A stretch of 12,897 nucleotides of DNA from Thermoplasmata archaeon (GCA_036475875.1 JAZGAR010000236.1:1-12897); one strand, 5' to 3'. Positions 1-8,737 are shown, numbered from the stretch's first letter. Notes: generated from the sequence alone by a model not told the origin. Numbers and translations: made by a program.

Positions 1-1
1 T

Positions 2-820
2 TTTCTTACCACACATCTCATTATAGCTAAACCCGAAAAATGGTTTGCTTCCTTACTGAAATCCACATATGACACAACTCTCGGGATAAAAGCTTTTAAA
101 TCCACATATAAAATCATAACAATAACAGATGCAGAAAAAATTTGGTGCATCGAAAGAGGGGTTACCCCCCAGAAGATAATTTCAATCCCGAATGGCGTTG
201 ACGACAAGGCATTTGATGATTACAACGCCACAGAAATGAAGAAAAAATATGGATTGAATAAATATATAATATTTATTGGAAGAATGTACGAGGAAAAGGG
301 CCCCACACACCTGGTAATGGCCTTTTCTAAAATTGCAGAAAACTTCAAGGACGTATCGCTTGTTTTTGTGGGGCCAGACCAGGGTGAGATAGAGAGGGTT
401 ATGGCTCTATCAAGAGATTTGAAACTGCACAAAAGAGTGATTTGCACGGGAAAAATCCCGGAAAAAGATAAACGCGAGTTGTTATCAGGTTGTGAATTTT
501 TTGCCTTGCCAAGCAAGAATGAGGCACAGGGCATAGTATTTATCGAAGCATGGGCGCAGAAAAAGGCTGTAATCGGGACCAACGTAGGAGGCGTGCCGTA
601 TGTCATTGAAGATGGTGAAACCGGGTTATTGTACGATTATGGGGATATAAATGCTTTAACAAAGCATATCGAGTTTCTCCTCGAAAATCCAGACAAGGCT
701 GAGGCGATGGGTAAAAAAGGTTTTGAGATTGCATCCAAGGAATATAGATGGGATGATATTGTAGACAAGATAGAAAATCTTTATAACGATTCTGTTGATG
801 AATTTGGAACAAAATCCTGA
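2..820 (+). CDS. Glycosyltransferase, GT4 / group-1 family (GT-B fold), 5' end cut by window edge
   Basis: The frame is open from nt 2 with no stop, so the ATG at 236 is internal. The upstream in-frame text (ITITDAEKIWCIERGVTPQKIISIPNGVDDKAF) is typical of the GT4 linker region. The C-terminal domain has FIGRMYEEKGP and an E-x7-E motif (EAQGIVFIEA), followed by VIGTNVGGVPYVIEDGETGLL. TGA stop at 818-820. Confidence 0.85.
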   Translation, partial: FLTTHLIIAKPEKWFASLLKSTYDTTLGIKAFKSTYKIITITDAEKIWCIERGVTPQKIISIPNGVDDKAFDDYNATEMKKKYGLNKYIIFIGRMYEEKGPTHLVMAFSKIAENFKDVSLVFVGPDQGEIERVMALSRDLKLHKRVICTGKIPEKDKRELLSGCEFFALPSKNEAQGIVFIEAWAQKKAVIGTNVGGVPYVIEDGETGLLYDYGDINALTKHIEFLLENPDKAEAMGKKGFEIASKEYRWDDIVDKIENLYNDSVDEFGTKS

Positions 821-883
821 TCAATTCGATTTTTAGCAAAGAATAAATACAAATAACAATTTCGCTAGGCAGGAGAGTAATAC

Positions 884-1831
884 ATGCAGGCTCTTATTAC
901 AGGGATGACAGGCTTTATCGGCAGCCATCTCGCAGAGTTCTTGCTGAAGAAAGAGTTGGAAGTTGCGGGAACGGTTTGGGATAAGACAGAGCTTAAAAAT
1001 GTTGAGGCTATAAAGGATAAAATTCGAATTCTGGATTGCGATATCAGGGACAGCGCAAGGGTCATGAAGATTATAGAAGAGGTAAAGCCTGTTGTGATAT
1101 ATCACCTGGCTGCGCAGAGCTTTCCTACCGTATCATGGGACGAACCTGCAAGAACACTGGATACCAACGTTCTGGGCACAGCCCATGTTTTCGAAGCTGT
1201 GAGAAAGCTCAACCTTGATACCATCGTGCTCGTGGCCTGTTCAAGCGCTGAGTACGGCTTCGTAACCGAGAGCGAAGTGCCTGTCAAAGAAAGCCATGTC
1301 CTCTTGCCATTACATCCTTATGGCGTGAGCAAAGTTGCGCAGGATCTGCTTGCCTATCAATATTACAAGAACTTCGGCATCAAAACCGTCAGAGCCAGAA
1401 TTTTCAACACCACTGGTCCCAGGAAAACAAATGATGTCTGTTCGGATTTCACGAACAGGATAGTCAGGATAGAGAAAGGCCTTGACAGTGAGATGCTTGT
1501 GGGTAATCTTGAGGCTAAAAGGGATATTACAGATGTGGAAGATGTTGTCAATGCCCTTTGGCTTTTGTGCGAAAAAGGCGAGTTGGGAGAGGTTTACAAT
1601 GTTTGTTCCTCGAGAGCCTACAGGATAAAAGATATTCTGAATATGGCTATAGATCTCTCGAAACTCGACATGGAGCCTCAAGTGGATCCAAACAAGCTCA
1701 GACCTACGGACGAACCGATAATCATGGGAGACAACACCAAGATAAGGGAGAAGTGCGGCTGGATCCCGAAGATGAACATGGAGGAGACATTGGGCAGAAT
1801 GTTGGATTACTGGCGTAAGGGCCTTTCATAG
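884..1831 (+). CDS. SDR-family NAD(P)-dependent sugar-nucleotide epimerase/dehydratase/reductase (GMD/Rmd-like)
   Basis: N-terminal Rossmann motif ITGMTGFIGSHL, a catalytic YxxxK (PYGVSKVAQ), and SSAEYG, RIFNTTGPRK and LVGNLEAKRDITDVEDV blocks typical of GDP-mannose-4,6-dehydratase/GDP-4-keto-6-deoxymannose reductase relatives. GGAGAG lies 8 nt upstream of the ATG. TAG stop. Confidence 0.85.
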   Translation: MQALITGMTGFIGSHLAEFLLKKELEVAGTVWDKTELKNVEAIKDKIRILDCDIRDSARVMKIIEEVKPVVIYHLAAQSFPTVSWDEPARTLDTNVLGTAHVFEAVRKLNLDTIVLVACSSAEYGFVTESEVPVKESHVLLPLHPYGVSKVAQDLLAYQYYKNFGIKTVRARIFNTTGPRKTNDVCSDFTNRIVRIEKGLDSEMLVGNLEAKRDITDVEDVVNALWLLCEKGELGEVYNVCSSRAYRIKDILNMAIDLSKLDMEPQVDPNKLRPTDEPIIMGDNTKIREKCGWIPKMNMEETLGRMLDYWRKGLS

Positions 1832-1833
1832 CG

Positions 1834-2355
1834 GTGGGTAGATTGAATAAAAAGGATGAAATAAAAAAACTGCATCTTGGCTGCGGAATGGGAAAGAGAG
1901 AAGGATACATCAACCTCGATTCCTGCGAGGCGGTTAACCCGGACTTATTGTGGGATTTGAACGAATTCCCGTATCCTTTTGAAGACAACACCTTTAACGA
2001 GATTCTCGCCTATTCCATCCTGGAGCATCTCGATGATTTGGTCAAGGTCATGGAGGAACTGCACAGGATAGCGAAACCGGGCGCTATCTTGGATGTTAGG
2101 GTACCCTATTGGGATGGTTACGGTTTTGCCTCGGACCCGACCCATAAACAGATGTTCACAGAGAGCACCTTCGATTTCTTTACGGGCGAATCCGGTTACA
2201 GCTTCATTACAAAGGTGAGATTCAGGATAAAGTATTTGAAGAGAATATACCACCCCAAGTTCAACTGGATGCCCGAGTTCATAAAGAAGAGGCTCAGGTT
2301 TCTCCTAAAAGAGGTCGTGGTCGGGCTGCACGTCACCTTGGAGACCGTGAAATAG
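1834..2355 (+). CDS. Class I SAM-dependent methyltransferase (Methyltransf_11-like)
   Basis: A GTG start lies 2 nt after the upstream stop, suggesting coupling. Motif I is LHLGCGMGKREGYINLD, with later ILEHL and AKPGAILDV blocks. Co-oriented with the two sugar genes. Confidence 0.7.
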   Translation: MGRLNKKDEIKKLHLGCGMGKREGYINLDSCEAVNPDLLWDLNEFPYPFEDNTFNEILAYSILEHLDDLVKVMEELHRIAKPGAILDVRVPYWDGYGFASDPTHKQMFTESTFDFFTGESGYSFITKVRFRIKYLKRIYHPKFNWMPEFIKKRLRFLLKEVVVGLHVTLETVK

Positions 2356-2505
2356 GTGAGCATAGTGATTTATGATTTTTTGAATGCTTTACATGTGAAG
2401 TTCTTTATTATGCTCCGGTCTTTCGGCAATGTGAGATAGGGAAGGTTGAACCGGTATTTTGTCCATCCAAGAATTGAGACTATGATATTGAAATTAAAAT
2501 AATGT

Positions 2506-2578
2506 GTGGGGTGGTGGAAATGAACAAGGAAGCGGAGTGGGCTAAAACCGCACCTTACTGTGAGCTCCACCGCCCCAC
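2506..2578 (+). ncRNA. Candidate structured RNA, unclassified (13-bp stem enclosing a second interrupted stem-loop)
   Basis: GTGGGGTGGTGGA (2506-2518) pairs with TCCACCGCCCCAC (2566-2578). There are 13 consecutive pairs, one of which is a U-G wobble only if transcribed from the + strand. The interior has AAGG/CCTT (2526-2529 / 2553-2556) and GCGG/CCGC (2532-2535 / 2548-2551) closing a 12-nt loop. It lies in a 414-nt gap with no convincing ORF. Strand and class are uncertain. Confidence 0.25.
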
Positions 2579-2769
2579 TAGGAGGTATACTCACAGCAAT
2601 AGGAATATTGTTTTACCGCTATTAATAAGTTTTTGCTGAAGGACTCGAAAACAGGGGGAGAGACTAACACTCATCGCTTTTCTAACCACACACCGGCATT
2701 CTTTTAGCACAAAATTTAATACCTTCCCTCCGATTAACACCAAGAAGAACGATAAGGGATGTTGAGAAA

Positions 2770-3189
2770 ATGGCAATCGTGAATGAGGAGATAGATTTCA
2801 ATACAAAGCACGAAGGCGACATCGTAGATATCACGGGTTACGTTCAGAAAGCTGTAAAGAAATCTCAACTCAAGGATGGTATAGCATGTGTGTTCGTGCC
2901 CGGCGCAACAGGAGCTGTAACCACAATAGAATATGAGCCCGGCCTACTACAGGATCTGCCCGACGCTCTTGACAGGTTGTTTCCCAGGGATATTATCTAT
3001 CAGCATCAGTTGAGATGGCACGACGGCAACGGACATTCTCATGTCAGAGCTTCCTTCCTTGGCCCCAGCTTGACTGTACCCTTCAAGGAGAAGAAGTTAA
3101 TTCTCGGAACCTGGCAGCAGATCGTTTTTTTGGAGCTGGACAACAGTGCCAGGCAAAGAAGAATCATTGTACAGATGGTGGGGGAGTGA
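2770..3189 (+). CDS. YjbQ/UPF0047 family protein (secondary thiamine-phosphate synthase enzyme family)
   Basis: Full-length family pattern: DITGYVQKAV, GIACVFVPGATGAVTTIEYEPGLLQDL, WHDGNGHSHVRASFLGPSLTVP, LGTWQQIVFLELD. Confidence 0.8.
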   Translation: MAIVNEEIDFNTKHEGDIVDITGYVQKAVKKSQLKDGIACVFVPGATGAVTTIEYEPGLLQDLPDALDRLFPRDIIYQHQLRWHDGNGHSHVRASFLGPSLTVPFKEKKLILGTWQQIVFLELDNSARQRRIIVQMVGE

Positions 3190-3192
3190 AAG

Positions 3193-3489
3193 ATGGCAAA
3201 GCTCATTATTCGAGTTAAGGAGATCAAGGGCGAATGTGCGGTGCACTCCATTGGGGATAGGATAATCATTGATGGTGCAGAGATCGACCTCAAAAATACT
3301 GACAAAATATGCATCCATGCCCTTACTCCGATACTCCATTACGCTGTTGCCCTTAGGGAAGGTATTGACCCAGAAAAATTGGGGCTTGTTAAGAAGGGGA
3401 ACAAGGCGTACATCCATTGCCCGGACCCGGGAGAGCCCTACACAGATGGTGGGGAGGTTGTGTTCGAGATTGAGAGGGTAAAGGAGTGA
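3193..3489 (+). CDS. Small conserved protein, TIGR04076-like (function unknown)
   Basis: 98 aa, starting 3 nt after the yjbQ-like stop. The pattern KGECAVHSIGDRI...ICIHALTPILHYAVALREG...IHCPDPG resembles the TIGR04076 family as I recall it. The family assignment is from memory only. Confidence 0.5.
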   Translation: MAKLIIRVKEIKGECAVHSIGDRIIIDGAEIDLKNTDKICIHALTPILHYAVALREGIDPEKLGLVKKGNKAYIHCPDPGEPYTDGGEVVFEIERVKE

Positions 3490-3575
3490 AGAATAAACTC
3501 TGTTGTTCCACCTTTTCAAGGATTTAATCCTCTCCTTTTTCATCCACCCCCAACCATTTCTCGCTCATCCTGATA

Positions 3576-4046
3576 TCATCCCTTTTTGCTCCAAAGACGT
3601 TTTGCCCACCATGGAGCTTTTGCATCCTCCACAAAATCATGCTTATTTGAATATGGCTTGATATCCAAAATTGGACTGCCGTTCAATGCATCCAGGCCTT
3701 CAACCCTTAACACGTTCTTTTCCCTTCCCAACAATCTCACCGCTCTAACACCTATAGGGTTCGGCCTGTAGGGGGTTCTTGTGGTCAATACCCCCATGAG
3801 AGGAAGGTCCTTCCTTCCCTTGGGATGAATCTTCAATTTCTTCCGCCTCTTCTCTTCAACCCTATCCATCCAAAATACGACGACTATATGGGAATTTTCC
3901 TCGATTAAGTGCAGCGCCTCGGAAAGTTTCTCATGGATCACTATCTCCGAGATGCGGGTTTCGTATCCTTCAGGAACCTTATCCTCGAAATCGTTTTCCA
4001 CCACCCCGATGGGCTCGATTCTCATGGCTTTCCCTCGATTTCCCAT
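3576..4046 (-). CDS. trmO: tRNA (t6A37-N6)-methyltransferase TrmO (TsaA/YaeB, UPF0066 family)
   Basis: IEPIGVVEN at the N-terminus, then SHIVVVFWMD, GVLTTRTPYRPNPIGVRAVRLL and GLDALNGSPILDIKPY. The second ATG at 4025 (MRIEPIG) fits family N-termini better than 4046. Confidence 0.8.
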   Translation of the reverse strand: MGNRGKAMRIEPIGVVENDFEDKVPEGYETRISEIVIHEKLSEALHLIEENSHIVVVFWMDRVEEKRRKKLKIHPKGRKDLPLMGVLTTRTPYRPNPIGVRAVRLLGREKNVLRVEGLDALNGSPILDIKPYSNKHDFVEDAKAPWWAKRLWSKKG

Positions 4047-4057
4047 ATTCTTTCCCT

Positions 4058-4438
4058 CTAAATATGCGCTATCGCCTCTATCTCCACCTTCGCGCCGAAA
4101 GGAAGGCTCTTTACCTCAACACATGATCTGGCTGGAGGTTCGTGGCTGAAGAATCGCTTGTACACCTCATTGAACCTATTAAACTCCTTTATATCTGTCA
4201 AGAACACCGTGACCTTCAGCACGTTTTTTGGGGATGAACCCGCCTCCTCCAATATTGTCTTCAGGTTGGTGAGCGCCAATTCTGTCTCCTCCTCGATCGT
4301 ACCCTCAATCACGCTTTTCTTTTCAGGATCGTAGGCAACCTGGCCCGATACGAAGAGCAGTGGCTCATAGATTATGGCCTGGGAGTAAGGCGCTTTTGTG
4401 GAGGGCAATGTTTTGCTTTGAAAGACTTTTTTCGGCAT
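4058..4438 (-). CDS. ridA: RidA/YjgF/TdcF-family reactive enamine/imine deaminase
   Basis: APYSQAI, FVSGQV, GTIEEETELALTNLKTILEEAG, VLKVTVFLTDIKEF, PARSCVEV and VEIEAIA match the family. A strong SD (AAGGAGG) lies 6 nt upstream of the ATG. TAG stop. Confidence 0.85.
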   Translation of the reverse strand: MPKKVFQSKTLPSTKAPYSQAIIYEPLLFVSGQVAYDPEKKSVIEGTIEEETELALTNLKTILEEAGSSPKNVLKVTVFLTDIKEFNRFNEVYKRFFSHEPPARSCVEVKSLPFGAKVEIEAIAHI

Positions 4439-4502
4439 TTCTATTCCTCCTTATCAAACATGACATGCAGTTTGAATACAAAATTTTTGCTCAATTTTAG
4501 AA

Positions 4503-5081
4503 TCATCTCTTTCTCGTGGTCTTCAACTCAGAGCCGCAGACCGGACATGAATCCTGCATCTTCTCCCAGTACCGCCCGCAGCCCTTGCATCTGTACCTCC
4601 ATTTTATGGTCTCTGTAATTCCTTTCTGGGCAATACCCTGATATTTGACCTCAAGCTCTGTTGCTAGGTTCTGGATGGAATAATCGTCTGTTAGAAGGAC
4701 AGCATCGAGCTCCTTTGCCAGGCTCAGAATCTCTATGTCGGCCTCGGTTACGCGGGCTATGTCACCTGTTTTGGAGGCACAATTTCTTACCTCGTCTAGG
4801 ATTTCCTTCGTGGGAGACATCACCTTTAATCCTGACTCGATGAGGTAGTCCAATCTCCTTCTCATCCTTCCATGTTTGAGCTCATCCAGAATTTTCGGGG
4901 AGGAGTAAAGCTCGTTGTCAGAAGATAAGTCCTTGCCTGAGAGAATCGCAGATGTATCCAACACGAATTTCATTACTTTTGGGATGGGATGGAGGGTATA
5001 TTTTGATTGCGGTTGAATGCGTGGAACAGAGTCGGTTTTCAAATCTGAATGAAACGTTTTTTTGATGTTTTCCACCATCAC
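4503..5081 (-). CDS. nob1: Archaeal Nob1-like endonuclease (PIN domain + C-terminal zinc ribbon), small-subunit rRNA 3' end maturation
   Basis: PIN N-terminus FVLDTSAI and the acidic LLTDDYSIQN, with a C-terminal ribbon CKGCG...CPVCG. The start is ambiguous. GTG 5081 or ATG 5078 overlap the upstream stop (GTGATG), whereas ATG 4973 (MKFVLDTS) gives the usual ~156-aa archaeal Nob1. Confidence 0.75.
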   Translation of the reverse strand: MMVENIKKTFHSDLKTDSVPRIQPQSKYTLHPIPKVMKFVLDTSAILSGKDLSSDNELYSSPKILDELKHGRMRRRLDYLIESGLKVMSPTKEILDEVRNCASKTGDIARVTEADIEILSLAKELDAVLLTDDYSIQNLATELEVKYQGIAQKGITETIKWRYRCKGCGRYWEKMQDSCPVCGSELKTTRKR

Positions 5082-6142
5082 AAAACAAAGAAATATAGAA
5101 TACCGGCGACAATTCCCACCACCGCAGCCGCAACCGCACCCACCTTAACCCAAGATATCGGCGCGTAGCCTTGCACCTCCCCTGTCTGCCCGTTTATCAA
5201 GAAATGATAGGTCTTGTTTTTATAATGATACGCTGCAACCCAGATTGGCAATAGAACATGCTTGTAGGTTATTTTGCCGAAGGTGGTATTAATTCTCAGG
5301 AATCGATGGGTATCGCCAGGTACATCAGCAGCACATTTGGCACGCTCATCTGCTTTAACGTTATCCTTGGCAATTTCCCAACCCTGGCGAACGTCGATCG
5401 CATATTCCTCCGCGAGCCACCCGCTCAAATACTCTGGTTTGTAGGGTACCAGCTGCTGCAAATTGAACGGGTAAATCTTGAATACCAAATGGTAGTCCAA
5501 ACCCTTTGAAGCAACGATGAGCACATCATTGTAAAAACCATCTCGGGCGCCAGAGGATGGAACCCATCTTACTTTTCTCACCTGCCTGGTTTTTGTAACC
5601 CTTTTTCCGTTTTCGTATGCGGTGTAGGTTTCTGTTACGTGGTAGTAGTAACCGCTTTCTGCGGTCCAATTAGAATGTGTATTGCAATCGTAGGTCCAGA
5701 ATGGGGTGTAAACGCCCTTTAGCAGCTCCAATCTACCGATTTTTTTGAGTTTCGAGGGTCTAAAGAAGCCTTTAGCGATCCAGGTGAAATACAATTCCTT
5801 TGCCCTGTCACGACCCACATCAAATGGTGCGAGAGTCTCCGGGCGGATGATGTCTGGATGTGCAGGTGTCTCTTTAACATACGATGAGCCACAGAATGCG
5901 CAATCACCAGCAACTTTTGCTCCAACTGAGGTTGTGGCCCCACAGTTATTGCACTAGATTGTGGTCACCTTGGTGTCCCAGCCTAATGCCGTGGGCGCTG
6001 AAAAAAAGTCATGTTCTTCGATTGCCTTATGTTCCACCTCGATAACCTTTACTGACCCGCAATAGTCGCACTCCAACTTCTGGCTTTTGGGATCGAATTC
6101 CAAGTACGCACCGCAGTTCTCGCATTCGAATTGTTTGACCAC
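5078..6142 (-). pseudogene. Double zinc-ribbon protein with conserved central domain and C-terminal TM anchor, interrupted by one in-frame TAG (5954-5956)
   Basis: The 62-aa ORF (6142-5957; ribbon 1 CENCG...CDYCG) and the 246-aa ORF share one frame. The 135 nt between them have no stop and encode ribbon 2 (CNNCGATTSVGAKVAGDCAFCGS). The only break is TAG at 5954-5956. The C-terminus is a hydrophobic helix (VGAVAAAVVGIVAGILYFFVL). GTG start at 6142. Confidence 0.6.
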
Positions 6143-6268
6143 GAGAGGTCAAATGTTGTTTGAGATTTTAAGTGTTCTTACTCGCCTTGATTCTGCCTCT
6201 TCTTACCCTTTGTGCTCCCCCCCTCAAACACATCAAAACTTAAATAAGAATCAAATCAATGACCGATC

Positions 6269-6769
6269 ATGCAAAGGCGTGTATATCCATACGGAAAATA
6301 TCTCCTTAAAGATGGTGAAGTTGGCACTGTTGGTCCAAAGCTGAAAGATTTCGTGAGCACACTCGGCTTTGATATAATTAAGTACGAAACAGAGAATGAG
6401 GAAATAGGTACCCTCATAATCGCGGTAAATAAAAAGATCGGAGAATTTCTTAAGGAAAAAACGCCCTCGGACCGCATTAAAATGATCTTAAGAGGATTTC
6501 CAGGGGTCATACCATCCTCATTTGAGCAGGATCTAGAATCGCAGCGTGTCGGCATCGAGCTGTACCTGTGGCCCAAAGAAAAGGGATCTCTACTGGAATT
6601 GTTCGTCCTACCGTACATGGAGCATTTCGACAAACAGGAGATATTTGGGATAACCGAATTCGAGGCTGAGGAGATAACAGATTGGTATTTGTGCGAACAG
6701 GTCTGGGAGCGCATTGCACCGAAGATAGAAGCTGAATTTGATGCAGAACCATTATATTGGAGGGTATAG
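6269..6769 (+). CDS. Hypothetical protein, 166 aa, acidic, no family recognised
   Basis: A clean ORF with protein-like composition. A TATA-like TTAAATAA (6240-6247) lies 21 nt upstream of the ATG, which is leaderless spacing. The long antisense ORF 6256-6885 has implausible Ser/Cys/Pro-rich composition. Confidence 0.55.
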   Translation: MQRRVYPYGKYLLKDGEVGTVGPKLKDFVSTLGFDIIKYETENEEIGTLIIAVNKKIGEFLKEKTPSDRIKMILRGFPGVIPSSFEQDLESQRVGIELYLWPKEKGSLLELFVLPYMEHFDKQEIFGITEFEAEEITDWYLCEQVWERIAPKIEAEFDAEPLYWRV

Positions 6770-6829
6770 TATGTTGGAATGCCCCCATAATGTAACAAAC
6801 AGGGAAAATCTCCCATTAGAGTTGAGAAT

Positions 6830-7045
6830 ATGAAAATTGAAGCGTGTATTTTTTGTGGTAGTAGGAATATCCGAAGTGGCACCATCAGCGATGGGGTGCT
6901 TCCGGGTTACACGGATGGGCTCAACACCTATGTATGTGATGACTGTAATCATCAAGGCTTGCCAATCATCTTCGATTCGGAACAGGAATACGATAACTTC
7001 GTTAAAGCAAGAAGAGAAGATAAACAAAGGGTGGAAGACAAATAA
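6830..7045 (+). CDS. Small zinc-ribbon protein (CxxC...CxxC), 71 aa, with a charged C-terminal tail
   Basis: CIFCGS and CDDCNH form a four-Cys ribbon. Co-oriented 60 nt downstream of the 166-aa gene. TAA stop. Confidence 0.5.
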   Translation: MKIEACIFCGSRNIRSGTISDGVLPGYTDGLNTYVCDDCNHQGLPIIFDSEQEYDNFVKARREDKQRVEDK

Positions 7046-7065
7046 CGAATGCCCCGAATCTCAAC

Positions 7066-8106
7066 CTATTTCTTCCTGTACACACAAAAGTTTCTTGTCA
7101 GGGATTTATGGACCCGTAATGCATAGGATTCCTTCAGGCTCAGATATTTCTCCCCAATTTGAATGAACTTCGCATCTGGCAACAGGATGGATAGATATCC
7201 ACCAGGTTTCAGCACCTCTGAGAAGGTCTTAAAAGCCCTTTTGTAAAGGCTAAAAACCTCCTCACCATTGGTTGTGGCGGACCTCCCATATGGAGGATCC
7301 GTGGCAATGGCGTCCACATCTTCCATCTTATTGATAACTTCCCTGATATCGGAACAAAAAAGCTCTGCATTCTGGATATTGAGACTGGATAGGTTCTCTT
7401 GACAGCCATCAACCATTCTCTTATCGATATCGCTGCCTATCGGCTTCGCACCCACCAATGCAGCCTCTATCAAAACCCCACCAGTGCCGCAGAAAGGATC
7501 GAGAAGGGTTTGACCTTTTTTTACCCTTGAAAGATTCACAAGTGCCCTGGCCAACCTCGGGTGAAGAGACACAGGCGAAAAATACGGCCTGAACTGGACT
7601 TTTCTGGATTCAAAGGCACTCCTGTCGATTTTGGCCAGGGTTATCCCTATATGGCACCTGTCTGAGAGAATCACCCTGACCTCAATATTTGGGTCTGAGA
7701 GATCCACCTCGTTCTTGCCCACCACATTCTCAGCAACCGTCCTTTCCACATCTTTGAGGTTAAGATTCTCATGAAATCTCTGTATTCTCTTTGCCCTCAC
7801 AGCGAAGCTTCCTTCTCCAATCTCAAAGGCCTTTCTCAGCGCAGCCAGTTCATCTGCCTCGCAAGAAAAGAGGTGGTTCTGGATATTGTGCGTTAGAGCC
7901 AACCTTCTCTTCATTTCCTCTAAGTCCAATTCCGGTACATCCATGATGAGAACACCCAAATCCTCCTCCGCGACCCTGAAATCGATTTTTTCAGCCTCTA
8001 GGCAGCCGATTATCTCAGCCTTTGGAAGGCTTTCATGTTCTCCTGAAAGTTCAAAAATAAAGCCGCACTTGTTTTCATTTGAACTTGAAGTCAAGTGCTT
8101 CAACAT
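7066..8106 (-). CDS. trm11: tRNA (guanine10-N2)-methyltransferase, archaeal Trm11/Trm-G10 type (THUMP + class I MTase)
   Basis: The N-terminal half is THUMP-like. The C-terminal half has SAM motif I LDPFCGTGGVLIEAALVGA and the catalytic ATDPPYG. ATG 8106 has GGAG 9 nt upstream, so I prefer it to the GTG at 8121 given in the ORF track. Confidence 0.8.
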   Translation of the reverse strand: MLKHLTSSSNENKCGFIFELSGEHESLPKAEIIGCLEAEKIDFRVAEEDLGVLIMDVPELDLEEMKRRLALTHNIQNHLFSCEADELAALRKAFEIGEGSFAVRAKRIQRFHENLNLKDVERTVAENVVGKNEVDLSDPNIEVRVILSDRCHIGITLAKIDRSAFESRKVQFRPYFSPVSLHPRLARALVNLSRVKKGQTLLDPFCGTGGVLIEAALVGAKPIGSDIDKRMVDGCQENLSSLNIQNAELFCSDIREVINKMEDVDAIATDPPYGRSATTNGEEVFSLYKRAFKTFSEVLKPGGYLSILLPDAKFIQIGEKYLSLKESYALRVHKSLTRNFCVYRKK

Positions 8107-8172
8107 GTAAATTATCTCCACTTCCGTTTGTCAACCATCATTAATTAACGAGCTAGGGGCATAATACCCCCT

Positions 8173-8577
8173 TTATTCGATGGGCTCAATATTGAAAATA
8201 CAAGCCTTGTCCCCAACGCTCTCGCATTTCTTCTCGATGCAGAAAATCCTCTCGGTCCCATAAGATTCATATAAATGTCGTAATATGCCCCTCAGCCTGT
8301 GACAAGTCGGCTCTTCGTTCTTTGAGACCTCTATCGAACCTTTTACAGTGATCTTGTTACCATCAAATATGACATCCTCCACCCAACCTCGCTCTTTTAA
8401 CACATTTTTGGCTATCTCGAAGTAGTTATCCCTTTTCTTCATTGCCAAGGCAGCGATATCCGCCCCCAAAGCACTTCCTTCCCTGAAAAATAGGCCATGG
8501 CAGGCATTTGACATTACGCTCTCATAAAGCTTGCCTATTTTTTTGAGTTCTTTTTGAGAAATTTTGACATATCGCAT
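8173..8577 (-). CDS. V4R (4-vinyl reductase) domain protein, putative small-molecule binding
   Basis: 134 aa with the V4R-like layout G..ALG..IA, and C-terminal CHRLRG......C.E..C...GD.ACIF cysteines. A TATA-like TTTTATAC sits about 17 nt upstream of the ATG. Confidence 0.55.
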   Translation of the reverse strand: MRYVKISQKELKKIGKLYESVMSNACHGLFFREGSALGADIAALAMKKRDNYFEIAKNVLKERGWVEDVIFDGNKITVKGSIEVSKNEEPTCHRLRGILRHLYESYGTERIFCIEKKCESVGDKACIFNIEPIE

Positions 8578-8737
8578 TATCTTCCCGAAATACGTATAAA
8601 ATTGGAATTAATAAATTTTTGGGACTGTGTTGTCAAAGCTGATAATAGTAAATAGCGGCGATTAAGCCTTCCTTTTTTGACAGAAACGGATACCGCAACC
8701 ATCATTATCACCCCAAAACGCAATAATAACACCACAA

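Noticed and set aside
2503-2578. Archaeal H/ACA guide sRNA on the minus strand (the stem is followed by ACA at 2503-2505 on that strand)
   Set aside because: On the minus strand the helix contains an A-C mismatch instead of a wobble. The lower stem (13 bp) plus the 3' pocket puts ACA about 20 nt from the upper stem rather than about 14-15 nt. The upper stem and loop lack a GA-containing K-turn or K-loop.
2502-2639. 45-codon ORF (MCGVVEMNKEAEW...) overlapping the hairpin
   Set aside because: No SD or TATA box at appropriate spacing, implausible composition, and the reading frame runs straight through both arms of the 13-bp helix. The RNA structure is the more economical explanation.
5954-5956. 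In-frame TAG read as pyrrolysine (Pyl recoding)
   Set aside because: TAG terminates eight other well-supported genes in this window: the SDR enzyme, methyltransferase, RidA, the 166-aa protein, Trm11, E2, E1 and JAMM. It is therefore a frequent genuine stop codon here. No pyl genes are visible, and the interrupted position is not conserved or catalytic. Nonsense mutation, sequencing error or readthrough is more likely.
3576-8121. Functional link between the UFM1-like operon and nearby translation genes (TrmO, Nob1, Trm11), by analogy with ribosome UFMylation
   Set aside because: These genes are on the opposite strand in separate transcription units, separated from the operon by a V4R gene and promoters. 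Housekeeping tRNA/rRNA genes are common neighbours by chance. Sequence alone does not support the link.
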